DNA of 64,000 bases from Pseudomonadota bacterium (GTDB lineage Bacteria > Pseudomonadota > Gammaproteobacteria > Burkholderiales > JAJZUU01). The translations under genes and the position numbers were made by a program. How positions within the stretch are numbered: position 1 is the stretch's first letter; every line of letters starts with the position of its first letter. This document shows, piece by piece, positions 54,889 through 64,000 of this stretch. Under the pieces are notes generated by a model. The model worked only from the letters and a program-made list of their open reading frames with translations. It was not told where the DNA came from and did not search any database. The DNA lies in contig JAJZUU010000002.1 in NCBI GenBank assembly GCA_021848325.1, forward strand, positions 26,630 through 90,629, read 5' to 3'.

Positions 54889-55150
54889 ATAACGCCCTTC
54901 CGCAAGCTAGGATAGGAAAGGGGGGGATTTTACCACGCAACGGGATGAATACAGAATCAAACTTGTCCCGGGGGCCGTGCACCTTCCCGTCCCGGGCGGA
55001 ACCCCGTCCATTCCGTAGCGAAAATCGCATTCCTTTGACATGCCATCACCCTAAACGCATCCGGATATGGCCGCCCCGGTTGCGGACTAACCGCCCGGAT
55101 GGGCCGCGATCTTGGGGCCGGACAGGCCCCGCCAGCGAGGCGCTGATGGT

Positions 55151-56491
55151 CTATTCGCCGGCCACGGTCATGCGCTCGATCAGGATCGAGCCGCACTGCT
55201 TCGAATTGTGGATCACCACGTCGTTGCCCACGGCGGCAATGCCCTGGAACATCTCCCTGAGGTTGCCGGCGATGGTGATCTCCTCCACCGGATACTGGAT
55301 CTCGCCGTGCTCCACCCAGAACCCCGCCACTCCCCGGGAATAGTCACCGGTGACCGGATTCACCCCATGGCCCAGCAATTCGGTCACCAGCAGCCCCCGG
55401 TCCATCAGCTTGAGCAACTCCTCGAAGCCCCGGCCGGTGCTCTGCATGATCAGGTTGTGGTTGCCCCCGGCATTGCCGGTGGACACCATGCTCAGCTTGC
55501 GCGCAGAATAGCTGCCCAGAAAATAGCCCTGCACCACCCCACCGCTCACCACGTCGCGGGCATGGGTGGCGACCCCTTCGTTGTCGAACGGCGCACTGCC
55601 GAGGCCCTTCGGAATGTGGGGCAGCTCCTTGATCTCCACCAGGGGGGCGAATACCTGGGTGCCCAGGCTGTCCAGCAGGAAAGAGGACTTGCGGTACAGG
55701 CTGCTGCCGCTCACTGCGGAGACGAAATGGGCCAGCAGGCCGGACGCGAGCGACGCCTCGAACAACACCGGCACCTGCATGGTCTTGAGCCTGCGGGCGT
55801 CCAGGCGGCGCACGGCGCGCTGGCCCGCAAGGCCGCCGACGCTGCGGGCGCTTTCCAGGCCCGCCGCATCCCGCGCCACCGTGTACCAGTAGTCGCGCTG
55901 CATCCCCTGGGCCGATTCGGCAATCACCGCGCAACTGATGCTGTGGCGGGAGGCCGGGTATCCCGCCAGAAAACCCAGACTGTTGCCGTATACGAACAGG
56001 GACTCCTGGGTATTCACCGTGGCCCCCTCGGAATTGGTGATGCGCGGGTCCACCTCGAAGGCGGCCGCCTCGCACGCCTTGGCCTGGTCTACGGCCTGCT
56101 CGATGGACTGGTTCCAGGGGTGATACAGGTCCAGCTCCGGGATATCGCGGGCCAGCAAGGCCTCGTCGGCAAGTCCGGCGCATTCGTCGCCGGCGGTGTA
56201 CCCCGCTATGCTGAGGGCGGCCTTGACGGTGGCGCGGATCGCCTCGGGGCCGAAATCAGAGGTGCTGGCGTGGCCGCGCTGCTGGCCGATATAGACGGTG
56301 ACGCCGAGACCCTTGTCGCGGTTGTACTCGATGGTCTCCACCTCGCCGCGACGCACCGTCACGCCCTGGCCGAAGCCCTCCGAGACCTCCGCTTCGCAAG
56401 CGGTCGCGCCTTGCCGCACGGCCTGATCCAGGATATCCCGGGTAATCTGTTTCAATGTTTCAATGGAATAGGAGAAGCTGGAATCCGACAC
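55151..56491 (-). CDS. pmbA: metalloprotease PmbA (TldE)
   Basis: PmbA/TldD family sequence along 446 aa, ending ...GSILIERMTVAGE. Start taken as GTG 56491 after GAGG; the track ORF is over-extended to 56836. Confidence 0.85.
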   Translation of the reverse strand: MSDSSFSYSIETLKQITRDILDQAVRQGATACEAEVSEGFGQGVTVRRGEVETIEYNRDKGLGVTVYIGQQRGHASTSDFGPEAIRATVKAALSIAGYTAGDECAGLADEALLARDIPELDLYHPWNQSIEQAVDQAKACEAAAFEVDPRITNSEGATVNTQESLFVYGNSLGFLAGYPASRHSISCAVIAESAQGMQRDYWYTVARDAAGLESARSVGGLAGQRAVRRLDARRLKTMQVPVLFEASLASGLLAHFVSAVSGSSLYRKSSFLLDSLGTQVFAPLVEIKELPHIPKGLGSAPFDNEGVATHARDVVSGGVVQGYFLGSYSARKLSMVSTGNAGGNHNLIMQSTGRGFEELLKLMDRGLLVTELLGHGVNPVTGDYSRGVAGFWVEHGEIQYPVEEITIAGNLREMFQGIAAVGNDVVIHNSKQCGSILIERMTVAGE

Positions 56492-56594
56492 GGGCACCTC
56501 GGAAATCGTCTGTGAGTATTGGCGCGCGCGGCCGATGCTGAACGCCCGCCAAAAAGCGATTATGATAGCAATTTTTTCAGGATGTTGCGCAACC

Positions 56595-57113
56595 ATGCAG
56601 GACGAAACGCCGATCAGCAAGACCAAGCGCAAGGAGGCCATGCACGCGCTGCAGGAGTTGGGCAGCGCCCTGGTGGCGCTCAGCGAAGACCGCCTCGCCC
56701 GGCTGGATCTGCCGGAACCATTGCGGGGAGCGGTGCAGGAGGCCAAACGGCTCACCCGGCACGAGGCGCGGCGCCGCCAACTGCAGTATATCGGCAAGCT
56801 GATGCGCACCGTCGACGCCACGCCGATCCAGGCCAAGCTGGACGAATGGAACGGGGTATCGAAAGAGGAAACGGTGCGGCTGCACCTGATCGAGCACTGG
56901 CGCGACCGCCTGCTGGAACGCGAATCCGCGCTGGAGGAGTTACTGGCCCGCTACCCCCGGGCCGATGTGCAGCACCTGCGCAACCTGATCCGCAACGCGC
57001 AAAAGGAGCGGCTTGCCGACAGGCCGCCCAAGAGCGGCCGGCTCCTGTTCAAGGCGTTGCGCGAAACCATTTCCCGGGAAGGGGAATCAGGCACGAAAGA
57101 GAGCGGGGTTTAG
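56595..57113 (+). CDS. YjgA/DUF615 ribosome-associated protein (DarP-like)
   Basis: SKTKRKEAMHALQELG..L..L...L..L.LPE.L..A. pattern and a divergent position from pmbA, as in enterobacteria. Start at ATG 56595. Confidence 0.75.
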   Translation: MQDETPISKTKRKEAMHALQELGSALVALSEDRLARLDLPEPLRGAVQEAKRLTRHEARRRQLQYIGKLMRTVDATPIQAKLDEWNGVSKEETVRLHLIEHWRDRLLERESALEELLARYPRADVQHLRNLIRNAQKERLADRPPKSGRLLFKALRETISREGESGTKESGV

Positions 57114-57269
57114 GAAGCTGTCGGAAGCAGGCGACTCGCGCGCTGCATGGCGATTCCTCTCGCCGGAAGACAGGGCCGGCGCCGTGGTCACCGGCAAGTT
57201 GTTCGGCGGCCGCATTCACGGTACGATATCCGGTCATTTAGCGATCCCGCCACCGAGGGCGTTACCGAC

Positions 57270-57854
57270 ATGAACCAACAGAGCACCGCCGCCAAGCAGA
57301 CGGGAGAGGCCATCGTGGGGCTGGTCACGATTAGCGATCGGGCCTCCCGGGGCGTGTACCAGGACCGGGGCATCCCGGCCCTTATGGAATGGCTGGAACG
57401 GGCGCTCTCCACCCCGTGGCGCGCAGTGACCAGGGTGATCCCGGATGAACGACCGCTGATCGAAGCGACCCTGGCGGAACTGGTGGACCGGGACGGCTGC
57501 TGCCTGGTCCTGACCACCGGCGGCACCGGCCCCGCGCCCCGGGACGTTACGCCGGACGCCACTCTGGCGGTGGCCGACCGGGTGCTGGACGGCTTCGGCG
57601 AACAGATGCGGGCGGTGAGCCTGAAATACGTGCCCACGGCGATCCTTTCCCGCCAGGTGGGCGTCATCCGCAAGCGGGCCTTGATCCTGAACCTGCCGGG
57701 ACAACCCAAGGCCATCAAGGAAACCCTGGATGGCGTTTTTGCGGCGGTGCCGTACTGCATCGACTTGATCGGAGGCCCCTGCATCCAGACCGACGAGTCG
57801 GTGGTCGAGGCATTCCGGCCCAAGTCGGCGCAACACCCGCAGCAGCGGGGATAG
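57270..57854 (+). CDS. mog: molybdopterin adenylyltransferase MogA
   Basis: VTISDRASRGVYQDRGIP...LVLTTGGTGPAPRDVTPDAT...NLPGQPKA. Confidence 0.85.
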   Translation: MNQQSTAAKQTGEAIVGLVTISDRASRGVYQDRGIPALMEWLERALSTPWRAVTRVIPDERPLIEATLAELVDRDGCCLVLTTGGTGPAPRDVTPDATLAVADRVLDGFGEQMRAVSLKYVPTAILSRQVGVIRKRALILNLPGQPKAIKETLDGVFAAVPYCIDLIGGPCIQTDESVVEAFRPKSAQHPQQRG

Positions 57855-57952
57855 GAGCCGGGCATCCCCCCGTGTCGGTGCGGCCGCAAGCCGGATACCG
57901 CAGCATTCGGGCGAGGACATGACCGGAGGCCTTTCGGATGGGGGGAGGCATA

Positions 57953-59599
57953 GTGTTCGAACTCGGAGGCCTCATCAGGGCGTTGTTGCGCAGGAAGGCG
58001 GGCGGCCCGGTCGCCAATCTGAAATCGGTCACGGTGTGGGCCCAGGATCTGCCGGAGAACGACCTTCAGGAGGCCCAGGAGGCCATCGTGGCCGCCATGG
58101 TTTCCATCAACGGAAACCGCTCCACCCCGCTGATCGACCGCATCCAGGTGCTCATGTACCTGGACGAGAAGGCTGCAGGACTTCAGGACAGCCTGTACCG
58201 GGACTATCTGGCCCACGGCACCGAGCCGAACGCGCCGGAGAGCCTCTATCCGCCCACCATAACTTCCTTCTGGGAGGCATTGGCCGCGGGCTATCACCGG
58301 TGCATCCGCGAATTCGCGCAAAATGCCGCCGGCCGCAGGGTCAGGCAGAAGCTCCCGTTCCTGACCGCACGCGCCATGCGTTGTTACGCCATGCAGGCCA
58401 AATGGTGCCACATGCGCTACCTGCCGGTGGAAAGCCGGGTCTGGCGTCGCCTGCACCGCCTCTACCTGCTCGCGGAAAGGCAGGGGTTCGCCCGCACGCC
58501 GCTGCGCCTGTACCCCCACGCGAACCGGGAGACCACTTGCGCCGCCGAATACCTCCAGCCCCTCCTGTTAAGCCTGGCCAACCCGGACAGCCTGCTGCCG
58601 GCCGAGATCGAAATGGCCGACCTGTGGCTGGACAGTTGGAGCCAATACCTGACCCTGGAGACGGAGTTCAGGCCGCAGCGGCAACTCTACGCGGTGAACC
58701 TGGCGGACGGCAAGCCGGGGAAACGGCTGCGGCGCAACATGCTGGGCGAGAAGTACCGTTACTGGAGCGTCCATCCCCTGCTGGAGCGGGTCGCCTCCAT
58801 CACGGAGAGCCTGAAGAACGGCGAGCTTCCCGCGCGCCTCGGGCTGGGTGAGGACTGCCGTCTGCCCGGCTGCCTCGATCTGATTGAATTGGTGACGGCG
58901 CGCTGGACCGGCCAGGGCGGGGCGCGCCGTCACGAGCGGAGGGAAAGAGCCGACTCGGTTCAGGTCACGCTGGGCCTTCGCGCAGTGCTGGAACAACTGC
59001 AGCCGGGCCGCAAGCCCGGGGCGCCGAGGCCCGTCCCGCCCCCCGACGAGCACCCGGCCATGGACTATCGTCTGGACGACATCCTCGCCCCCGTTCCGTC
59101 CCCCGGTGAGGGCGCGGCGGCGGACCCTGAAGAACTGTTCGAGGACGCCTTGCCCCCGTGGACCATGGAAAATGAAAGCGTGAGCGGTTACGCCGTGGCC
59201 TTCGACCAGGGTGGCGGGCGCAGCCCCGGCATCGGCACGCTGATCGGCCTGCGGCCCGACCGCAAAACCCTCGCCGTGGGCGTCGTGCGCCGCATGAACA
59301 GGGACCTCTCCGGCAGGGTGCGGCTAGGCATCGAGACCCTGGCCCTGTCCCCGATAGCGGTGAAATTGCATCCGCCGCCCAGCACGCGGGGGAATGCGCC
59401 GCTGGATGCGCTGTATCTCCCCGGGCTGCCGGACTGTCAAGTGGCGCGAAGCCTGTTGATACCAAGCAAAGCCTACGCCCGGGAACGCGTCATGGAACTG
59501 AAGGCGCAAGGCAAAAGCTACACGATCCGCTTCCAACAGGTGCCCGAACAGACCGAGGACTACGCCCGCGTCCAATTCGAGGTGCTGGCGAAACACTGA
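57953..59599 (+). CDS. uncharacterised ~550-aa protein, paralog A; C-terminal PilZ-like module
   Basis: GGAGG-4nt-GTG 57953 gives MFELGG..., parallel to MFEF/MFNF in paralogs B and C. Shared blocks LPFLTARAMRCYAMQAKW, ELPARLGLGEDCRLPGCLDL, RRHERRER and WTMENESVSGYAV. Confidence 0.7.
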   Translation: MFELGGLIRALLRRKAGGPVANLKSVTVWAQDLPENDLQEAQEAIVAAMVSINGNRSTPLIDRIQVLMYLDEKAAGLQDSLYRDYLAHGTEPNAPESLYPPTITSFWEALAAGYHRCIREFAQNAAGRRVRQKLPFLTARAMRCYAMQAKWCHMRYLPVESRVWRRLHRLYLLAERQGFARTPLRLYPHANRETTCAAEYLQPLLLSLANPDSLLPAEIEMADLWLDSWSQYLTLETEFRPQRQLYAVNLADGKPGKRLRRNMLGEKYRYWSVHPLLERVASITESLKNGELPARLGLGEDCRLPGCLDLIELVTARWTGQGGARRHERRERADSVQVTLGLRAVLEQLQPGRKPGAPRPVPPPDEHPAMDYRLDDILAPVPSPGEGAAADPEELFEDALPPWTMENESVSGYAVAFDQGGGRSPGIGTLIGLRPDRKTLAVGVVRRMNRDLSGRVRLGIETLALSPIAVKLHPPPSTRGNAPLDALYLPGLPDCQVARSLLIPSKAYARERVMELKAQGKSYTIRFQQVPEQTEDYARVQFEVLAKH

Positions 59600-59690
59600 T
59601 CCGTGCAGGCCCGCGATGGCCTGGCGGCATGATTCGGGCGCGGGCTGCCGGAGCCGACGGCGCTGGCGCGAATGCCCGATGTGCCCCGCC

Positions 59691-61373
59691 TCAACCGGTC
59701 CGATCGCGGGCCGGCTCCTCCAGCGCGACCTGCAGCCAGTCGTCGCCTTTCAACAGGATTTCCGTCAGGCGGACGGCATGGGGTTTTCCGCCTCCCACCA
59801 TGTCAAAAACCCGGCCCGCGGCGTATTCCGCAGCCTCCATAATCAGGCTGCAGGGGCCGTTGCCGGCCTCCGCCGGCACGTATATGCCCAGCGCGGTGTG
59901 GACCGTCCCGGCCTCGTCCGCCCCCTTCGTGGCGTATGTGGGGGCATGCCCCTCCCGTGCACGCAGCGTGACCGCGAGCGCCCTGTGGGCCAATATCTCC
60001 ATGCCCACATAGCGCAGGTTGGCCGCCTGCTGGGCAAGGCGGCGAACCACAGCGACCTGCCATGAGCTTTTGCGCTCGGGTTTCAGGCCGACCAGCCTGC
60101 CCAGCCGCAGCCAATCATCCTGCGTCCTGTCGACGGTCGCCCCGTAACCGCCCAGGCTCTCGTTTTCCATCACCCAACGTTCCCGCGGGATTTCCTGCGG
60201 GATGGGTTTCCCCGGAAGTTTCCGCTTGTCCTGGGTGCGCTTGGTGACGAAGCCGTAAAGGTGAACATCGACCATTTCCTCGTAGCTGAGCCCATCCCCC
60301 TCCTCTTCAGCCGAGTCGTTATCCGCCTTGATCTGGCTGAACACGTCGCGCACGCCCTGGACCACCTCCAGCATCTGGACTGCCCGTCTTCGTTCGTGCC
60401 GGCGCCGCACGCGGGGGACCGTCGGCGCCCATTGCCGGGCGACCTCCTCCAGCAGATCGAGACATGCGGGCAGCCTGCAATCCTCCCCAAGCCCCAGCCT
60501 GGCGGGAATCTCCCCGGCCCGCAGCGCGCCCCGCATTTGCTCGATTAGGGCAATCAGCCCGTGAGTGCCCCAATAGCGGCACTTGTCGCCATCCACCGGC
60601 CGGCGCACCCTGCGCGCGCCGCGCGCCGCGCCCAAGTCGACGTAAAAACCGTGCCGCCCGGGGTCGTAGCGCCGCTCGAACTCCAGCGTCCGGGACCAGG
60701 AACAGAGCCAGCCGGACACCGTTTCCATCTGCCGGGGAAACAGGCTGCCGCTATGGAGGAAGTCCAGCATCAAGGCCTGCGCGTACTGCTCGGCGCAACT
60801 CGTATCGCGGCCGTCCGAATCCGGGTAAAGCGCGGTGGCTACACGCTCGAAACCGCTGAATTCCGCGAAACGATACAGGTTGTGCAGCCGCTTCCAGGAT
60901 TTTTCATCGACCCGCTCAAAGCGGAAATAGCGCCACTTGAACCCCATGGCGAAATAGTGCATGGCCCTGGCGGTGACGAGCGGCAGCACCGGCTTGGCCG
61001 CCGCCGCGGCGGGCCGGGCCACGTAGTCCATGAGGAAGGCGTGATAACCCCGGGTGAATTCCCAATAGTAGGCGTAGACCATGTTCCACAGGCGGCTTTC
61101 CATTGCCCTGGGCATGCGGGGATTGAGCAGGTACTGCCGGCACAGGGCCTCTTGCGTGCGCCGGGAGTGCTGGTCCAGGTGCATCAGGGCCTCCAGGCGC
61201 TCCGCGCTCAGGGGCCCATCCTGCTGATTGAACCGGGCGACGCTTTCCACCACCCGGTCGTGGGAGGCGTGCAGGTCCCCGGCCGGGAGTTCGCTCAGCC
61301 AGCGGGTGGCGGCATCCAGACCGGAAAGAGGATCTGCCGATTTCTTCCGGCCGAACGGCAGGAATTCAAACAT
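59691..61373 (-). CDS. uncharacterised 560-aa protein, paralog B; C-terminal PilZ-like module
   Basis: MFEFLPFGRKK... LPLVTARAMHYFAMGFKW, EIPARLGLGEDCRLPACLDL, RRRHERRR and WVMENESLGGYGA. Trimmed from track start 61529. Confidence 0.75.
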   Translation of the reverse strand: MFEFLPFGRKKSADPLSGLDAATRWLSELPAGDLHASHDRVVESVARFNQQDGPLSAERLEALMHLDQHSRRTQEALCRQYLLNPRMPRAMESRLWNMVYAYYWEFTRGYHAFLMDYVARPAAAAAKPVLPLVTARAMHYFAMGFKWRYFRFERVDEKSWKRLHNLYRFAEFSGFERVATALYPDSDGRDTSCAEQYAQALMLDFLHSGSLFPRQMETVSGWLCSWSRTLEFERRYDPGRHGFYVDLGAARGARRVRRPVDGDKCRYWGTHGLIALIEQMRGALRAGEIPARLGLGEDCRLPACLDLLEEVARQWAPTVPRVRRRHERRRAVQMLEVVQGVRDVFSQIKADNDSAEEEGDGLSYEEMVDVHLYGFVTKRTQDKRKLPGKPIPQEIPRERWVMENESLGGYGATVDRTQDDWLRLGRLVGLKPERKSSWQVAVVRRLAQQAANLRYVGMEILAHRALAVTLRAREGHAPTYATKGADEAGTVHTALGIYVPAEAGNGPCSLIMEAAEYAAGRVFDMVGGGKPHAVRLTEILLKGDDWLQVALEEPARDRTG

Positions 61374-61578
61374 GGGGACACCCCCGACCGAATCATCATA
61401 CCGCCCGATGATCGGCGCCCGCTCGCTAAAAACTGCGCGGAAAGCGGGGGGAGCGCCGAAGGCATTTATTACAATTCGGTAATGCGCGCAGGTGCGGGAA
61501 TTATAGGCACAGAAGGCATTACTTCGCAAAAACCCGTCGGTTTGAGGCCGATGTCATACCGCGGGCGCGAGGCGCGCC

Positions 61579-63261
61579 CTAACCATGCCGGAGAGGATGG
61601 ACGTCCACAAAGCTCACGCGCTGAAAATCCTGCCCCGCCTCCAGCAACTGGTCCAGCTTGATCAGGCGCTTGTCCCCGCGGATCGGCATCTCGAAGGCCT
61701 TGCCGGCAACGAAGTTGCCCGACCCCACGAGCAGCGAATCGGTTTCCCCGCAGCCGGCTATCGGCTTCAGCAAGAGGGCGCAAACGTGGTCCTGGGCCTG
61801 GGCATCGGATAAATTCTCCGGGATGGATATCTCCCTGGCGAGCGGCCACAGCCGCACCGCTAGCGGGTCCTTGGCCAAGATCTCAATCCCCACGTATACC
61901 CGGTGCTCCCTATCCCGGCTGAGGCGGCGCACCAGCCCGACGCTCCATTGAGTCCCGCCCTCCGGCCGGAGTGCCAGAATGGTTCCGATGCCGACCCAGT
62001 CTTCGTCGAGTTGAGGAATAACCGCCCCGTAGCCGCACTCGCTCACATTTTCCATCACCCAGCTCTCGATCTGGCCCTTCCCGTCGGCTTGGGCCTCCTG
62101 GGCCGCTGCCGCGGCCTTCAGCATCCGGGTCTTGGCGGTAACGAAACCGTAGATCTTCATATCCACCGCTTCCCGGTAGAGAAGTTCCTCCTCGTCCGCG
62201 GCGACGAGACCTTGCTTCTCCGCCGCAATGGTCCGCTGGATCTGACGCGTCCCGTGGATCACGTCCAGCCGGGTCACGATCCGCTTGCGCGCGTGCCTGC
62301 GCTGGGACGGGGAGGGCGCCCAGTATCGCTCCAAATGGCCGATGACCTCCATGACCTCCCTCGGCGCGAAGCCGCCGAGGTCGACCTCGTCCGGCAGCGC
62401 CCCCGCCTTGACCAGGGCCGCCAGCGCCTGGAGCTTGCGCGCCGTCGGCGCGGCGGCGAAGAAACGCATGGCGGGATTGATCGGCATGCCCTTGAGCAGA
62501 CGTGCCGGCGGTTTCCTTGCCGACAGGTCGATATAGAACATGCTGTCCGCCTCGGGCCTCTCGGTCAGGCTCACCCCCCCTGCGCAATGGCCCGACAGCC
62601 GGTCGGCAAGCTCGATCTGGTCCGGCAACAGCTTGTCGGGCGCGGCGACGTTGAGCAGCAGCGCCCTTGCGAACTCCAGCAGGACGTTGCTGTAGCCTTT
62701 CTGCTCTCCATAGGGGGCAACCACCCCGAGGGTAAAGAGATGCGCTTCCGAGAACCGGTACAGCTTGGCAAGCCTTTCCCATATCCGCTCGTCCTTGGGC
62801 CGGTAGCGCATGCACAGCCATTTATCCTGCTCGGCCAGCGCCCGCACCGCGCGCACGGTGAGAAGCGGAAGTTCTTCCCGGATCGCGGCGGCATCGTCGG
62901 GGCTTGCTTCCGCCGCCTCGATACAATCGAAGTAGGCCTCTCCCAATTGGCGGAAGGACTCGAAAATGCGCAGCCACAGGCGGTTTTCCCGGGATCTGTC
63001 CATGCGCGGCGTTTCCAGGTATTGCGACACCAAGGCATGTTGCAACGGCTGTACCGCCTCGCCCAGCAGCTTGAACAGCTTGACCCGGTCGCTCAGCCTG
63101 TAGCCTTCCGTGTTGCGCACGAAAGCCAGCCATGAGTTCAGTTCGTGAAGCCCCTTGAGAGGGTCGTCCAAGGGGAGTTCGCCGAGCAGCTTCTTGGCCT
63201 CGCGCAGATCGCCCAGAGGGTGATCAATCCCTTTTTGCAATATTCTTCTGAAGTTGAACAT
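61579..63261 (-). CDS. uncharacterised 560-aa protein, paralog C; C-terminal PilZ-like module
   Basis: MFNFRRILQKG... LPLLTVRAVRALAEQDKW, QRRHARKR and WVMENVSECGYGA. Trimmed from track start 63339. Confidence 0.75.
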   Translation of the reverse strand: MFNFRRILQKGIDHPLGDLREAKKLLGELPLDDPLKGLHELNSWLAFVRNTEGYRLSDRVKLFKLLGEAVQPLQHALVSQYLETPRMDRSRENRLWLRIFESFRQLGEAYFDCIEAAEASPDDAAAIREELPLLTVRAVRALAEQDKWLCMRYRPKDERIWERLAKLYRFSEAHLFTLGVVAPYGEQKGYSNVLLEFARALLLNVAAPDKLLPDQIELADRLSGHCAGGVSLTERPEADSMFYIDLSARKPPARLLKGMPINPAMRFFAAAPTARKLQALAALVKAGALPDEVDLGGFAPREVMEVIGHLERYWAPSPSQRRHARKRIVTRLDVIHGTRQIQRTIAAEKQGLVAADEEELLYREAVDMKIYGFVTAKTRMLKAAAAAQEAQADGKGQIESWVMENVSECGYGAVIPQLDEDWVGIGTILALRPEGGTQWSVGLVRRLSRDREHRVYVGIEILAKDPLAVRLWPLAREISIPENLSDAQAQDHVCALLLKPIAGCGETDSLLVGSGNFVAGKAFEMPIRGDKRLIKLDQLLEAGQDFQRVSFVDVHPLRHG

Positions 63262-63734
63262 CAATGCCCCACGTAGCCTTTGCGCCGACGCCGCCGCGCC
63301 GGCCCGATTCGGACCGGAATGCACCACCTTCCTTCTCAAGCCGATTTTCCCTCAAAATCCATCCGGCTCCAACCCCGCTCGTCGGGTGCGCGATACCGTT
63401 TATCCGACCGCCAGGGCGGCCAGCCCGGATGCGGCCTCCCGGTATGCGCCTGCGCTTCCCGCGCCGGATAACCCGATACACCGATACTATCCCCGGCCCA
63501 AGGAAAATCCTCGCACCGGGCAGCAGCCGCGCAGATTACCAAGATTTCATCTTGCCGAGAAACCCGCGCCAGTCATAAACCGTCCGTCGGTTACCCGGTG
63601 CCACCCGTCGGCCGGGGCGTTGACACCCCGGCGCCGTTACGGTTTGATAGGCACGAATCCGCAGCGGCACAGCGAGGCTGCTTTGACCCGCTTGCCTTCC
63701 CGGATGCAGAGCAATCGACCACAAGGAGCGAATT

Positions 63735-64000
63735 ATGTTTAACAAGAGCAAGACCCTGTTGGGCGCAGGCGCAATATTGCTGCTGACCGGCACGGGCATA
63801 CTGCATGCAGCCGACACCAACACCACCAGCGTGCCCACTACCGACACGACCGCCGCTAGCGGCACCGGCACGCCAACCACGGGCACCACCGCCAGCAACG
63901 GCCCGCTGGATCAGGCCATCAACAGCGTCGGCAAGAATCTGGACCGGAAAGAGGACAACGCCGGCCTGAAAAACGCCGAGGAACGCCTGGAACGGAACCA
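63735..64000 (+). CDS. 5' part of a secreted T/G/A-rich protein (runs off the window)
   Basis: AAGGAG lies 7 nt before ATG 63735. MFNKSKTLLGAGAILLLTGTGILHAADTNTTSVPTTDTTAASGTGTPTTGTT... Open to the window end. Not in the ORF track because no stop is reached. Confidence 0.55.
   Translation, partial: MFNKSKTLLGAGAILLLTGTGILHAADTNTTSVPTTDTTAASGTGTPTTGTTASNGPLDQAINSVGKNLDRKEDNAGLKNAEERLERN

Noticed and set aside
55151-56836. Extended 561-aa version of pmbA. Similar 5'-extended track ORFs exist for lpd (to 20440), recA (to 47042), gltX (from 42967) and paralogs B/C.
   Set aside because: The N-terminal extensions are low-complexity and cross into neighbouring divergent genes or spacers. Family-typical N-termini with SD sequences occur at the internal starts I used.
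57114-57269. Possible molybdenum-cofactor riboswitch upstream of mog.
   Set aside because: I see none of the conserved Moco-motif strings. The region is short and may simply contain the promoter.

Overview
High-GC chromosomal segment from a sulfur-oxidising proteobacterium. RecA, GlyA and the Rib proteins look betaproteobacterial, Thiobacillus/Sulfuricella-like, but that is inference only.

Gene content, in window order:
- 0-18 kb: tail of a dnaE2-like gene, an NYN/OST-HTH protein, a PatB-type C-S lyase, a stand-alone S24 peptidase-like protein, a hyaluronan-synthase-like GT2, the arsRCB operon, a GAF-GGDEF diguanylate cyclase, an IorAB-type molybdenum hydroxylase with XdhC and MocA maturation genes, and a soluble GAF histidine kinase with a NarL-type regulator.
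- 17.4-34.2 kb: cysG, convergent with a complete oxidative-type dsr cluster on the minus strand. Its order is dsrABEFHCMKLJOP, a TrpD2-like gene, dsrN, dsrR, and an Lpd-like flavoprotein. The two non-dsr genes are extras relative to the textbook operon.
- 34.6-39.0 kb: a plus-strand accessory set, divergent from dsrA across a hairpin-rich 440-bp control region. It holds a 73-aa ORF, an orphan Cas6/Cmx6-like protein (no CRISPR array or other cas genes in the window), a DsrC paralog with no cysteines, a rhodanese, an unknown protein, a TauD-like dioxygenase and a hemerythrin. I consider this the best candidate for an undescribed system.
- 39-42.8 kb: a decayed islet abutting tRNA-Val, with a lower-GC secreted protein, LpxR, an orphan DUF433 gene, an ISKra4 transposase remnant, and vapB with a truncated vapC.
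- 43-57.9 kb: housekeeping genes gltX, tRNA-Ala/Glu/Leu, an RRM protein, recA, pncC, pgpA, thiL, nusB, ribH, ribBA, ribE, ribD, nrdR, glyA, pmbA, yjgA and mog.
- 57.9-63.3 kb: three paralogous ~550-aa proteins with a PilZ-like RxxxR...NxSxxG signature.

Four inverted-repeat, MITE-like elements and one REP-like hairpin cluster occupy intergenic regions. No rRNA genes and no CRISPR array were seen. Many long ORFs in the track are antisense shadow frames typical of high-GC DNA.
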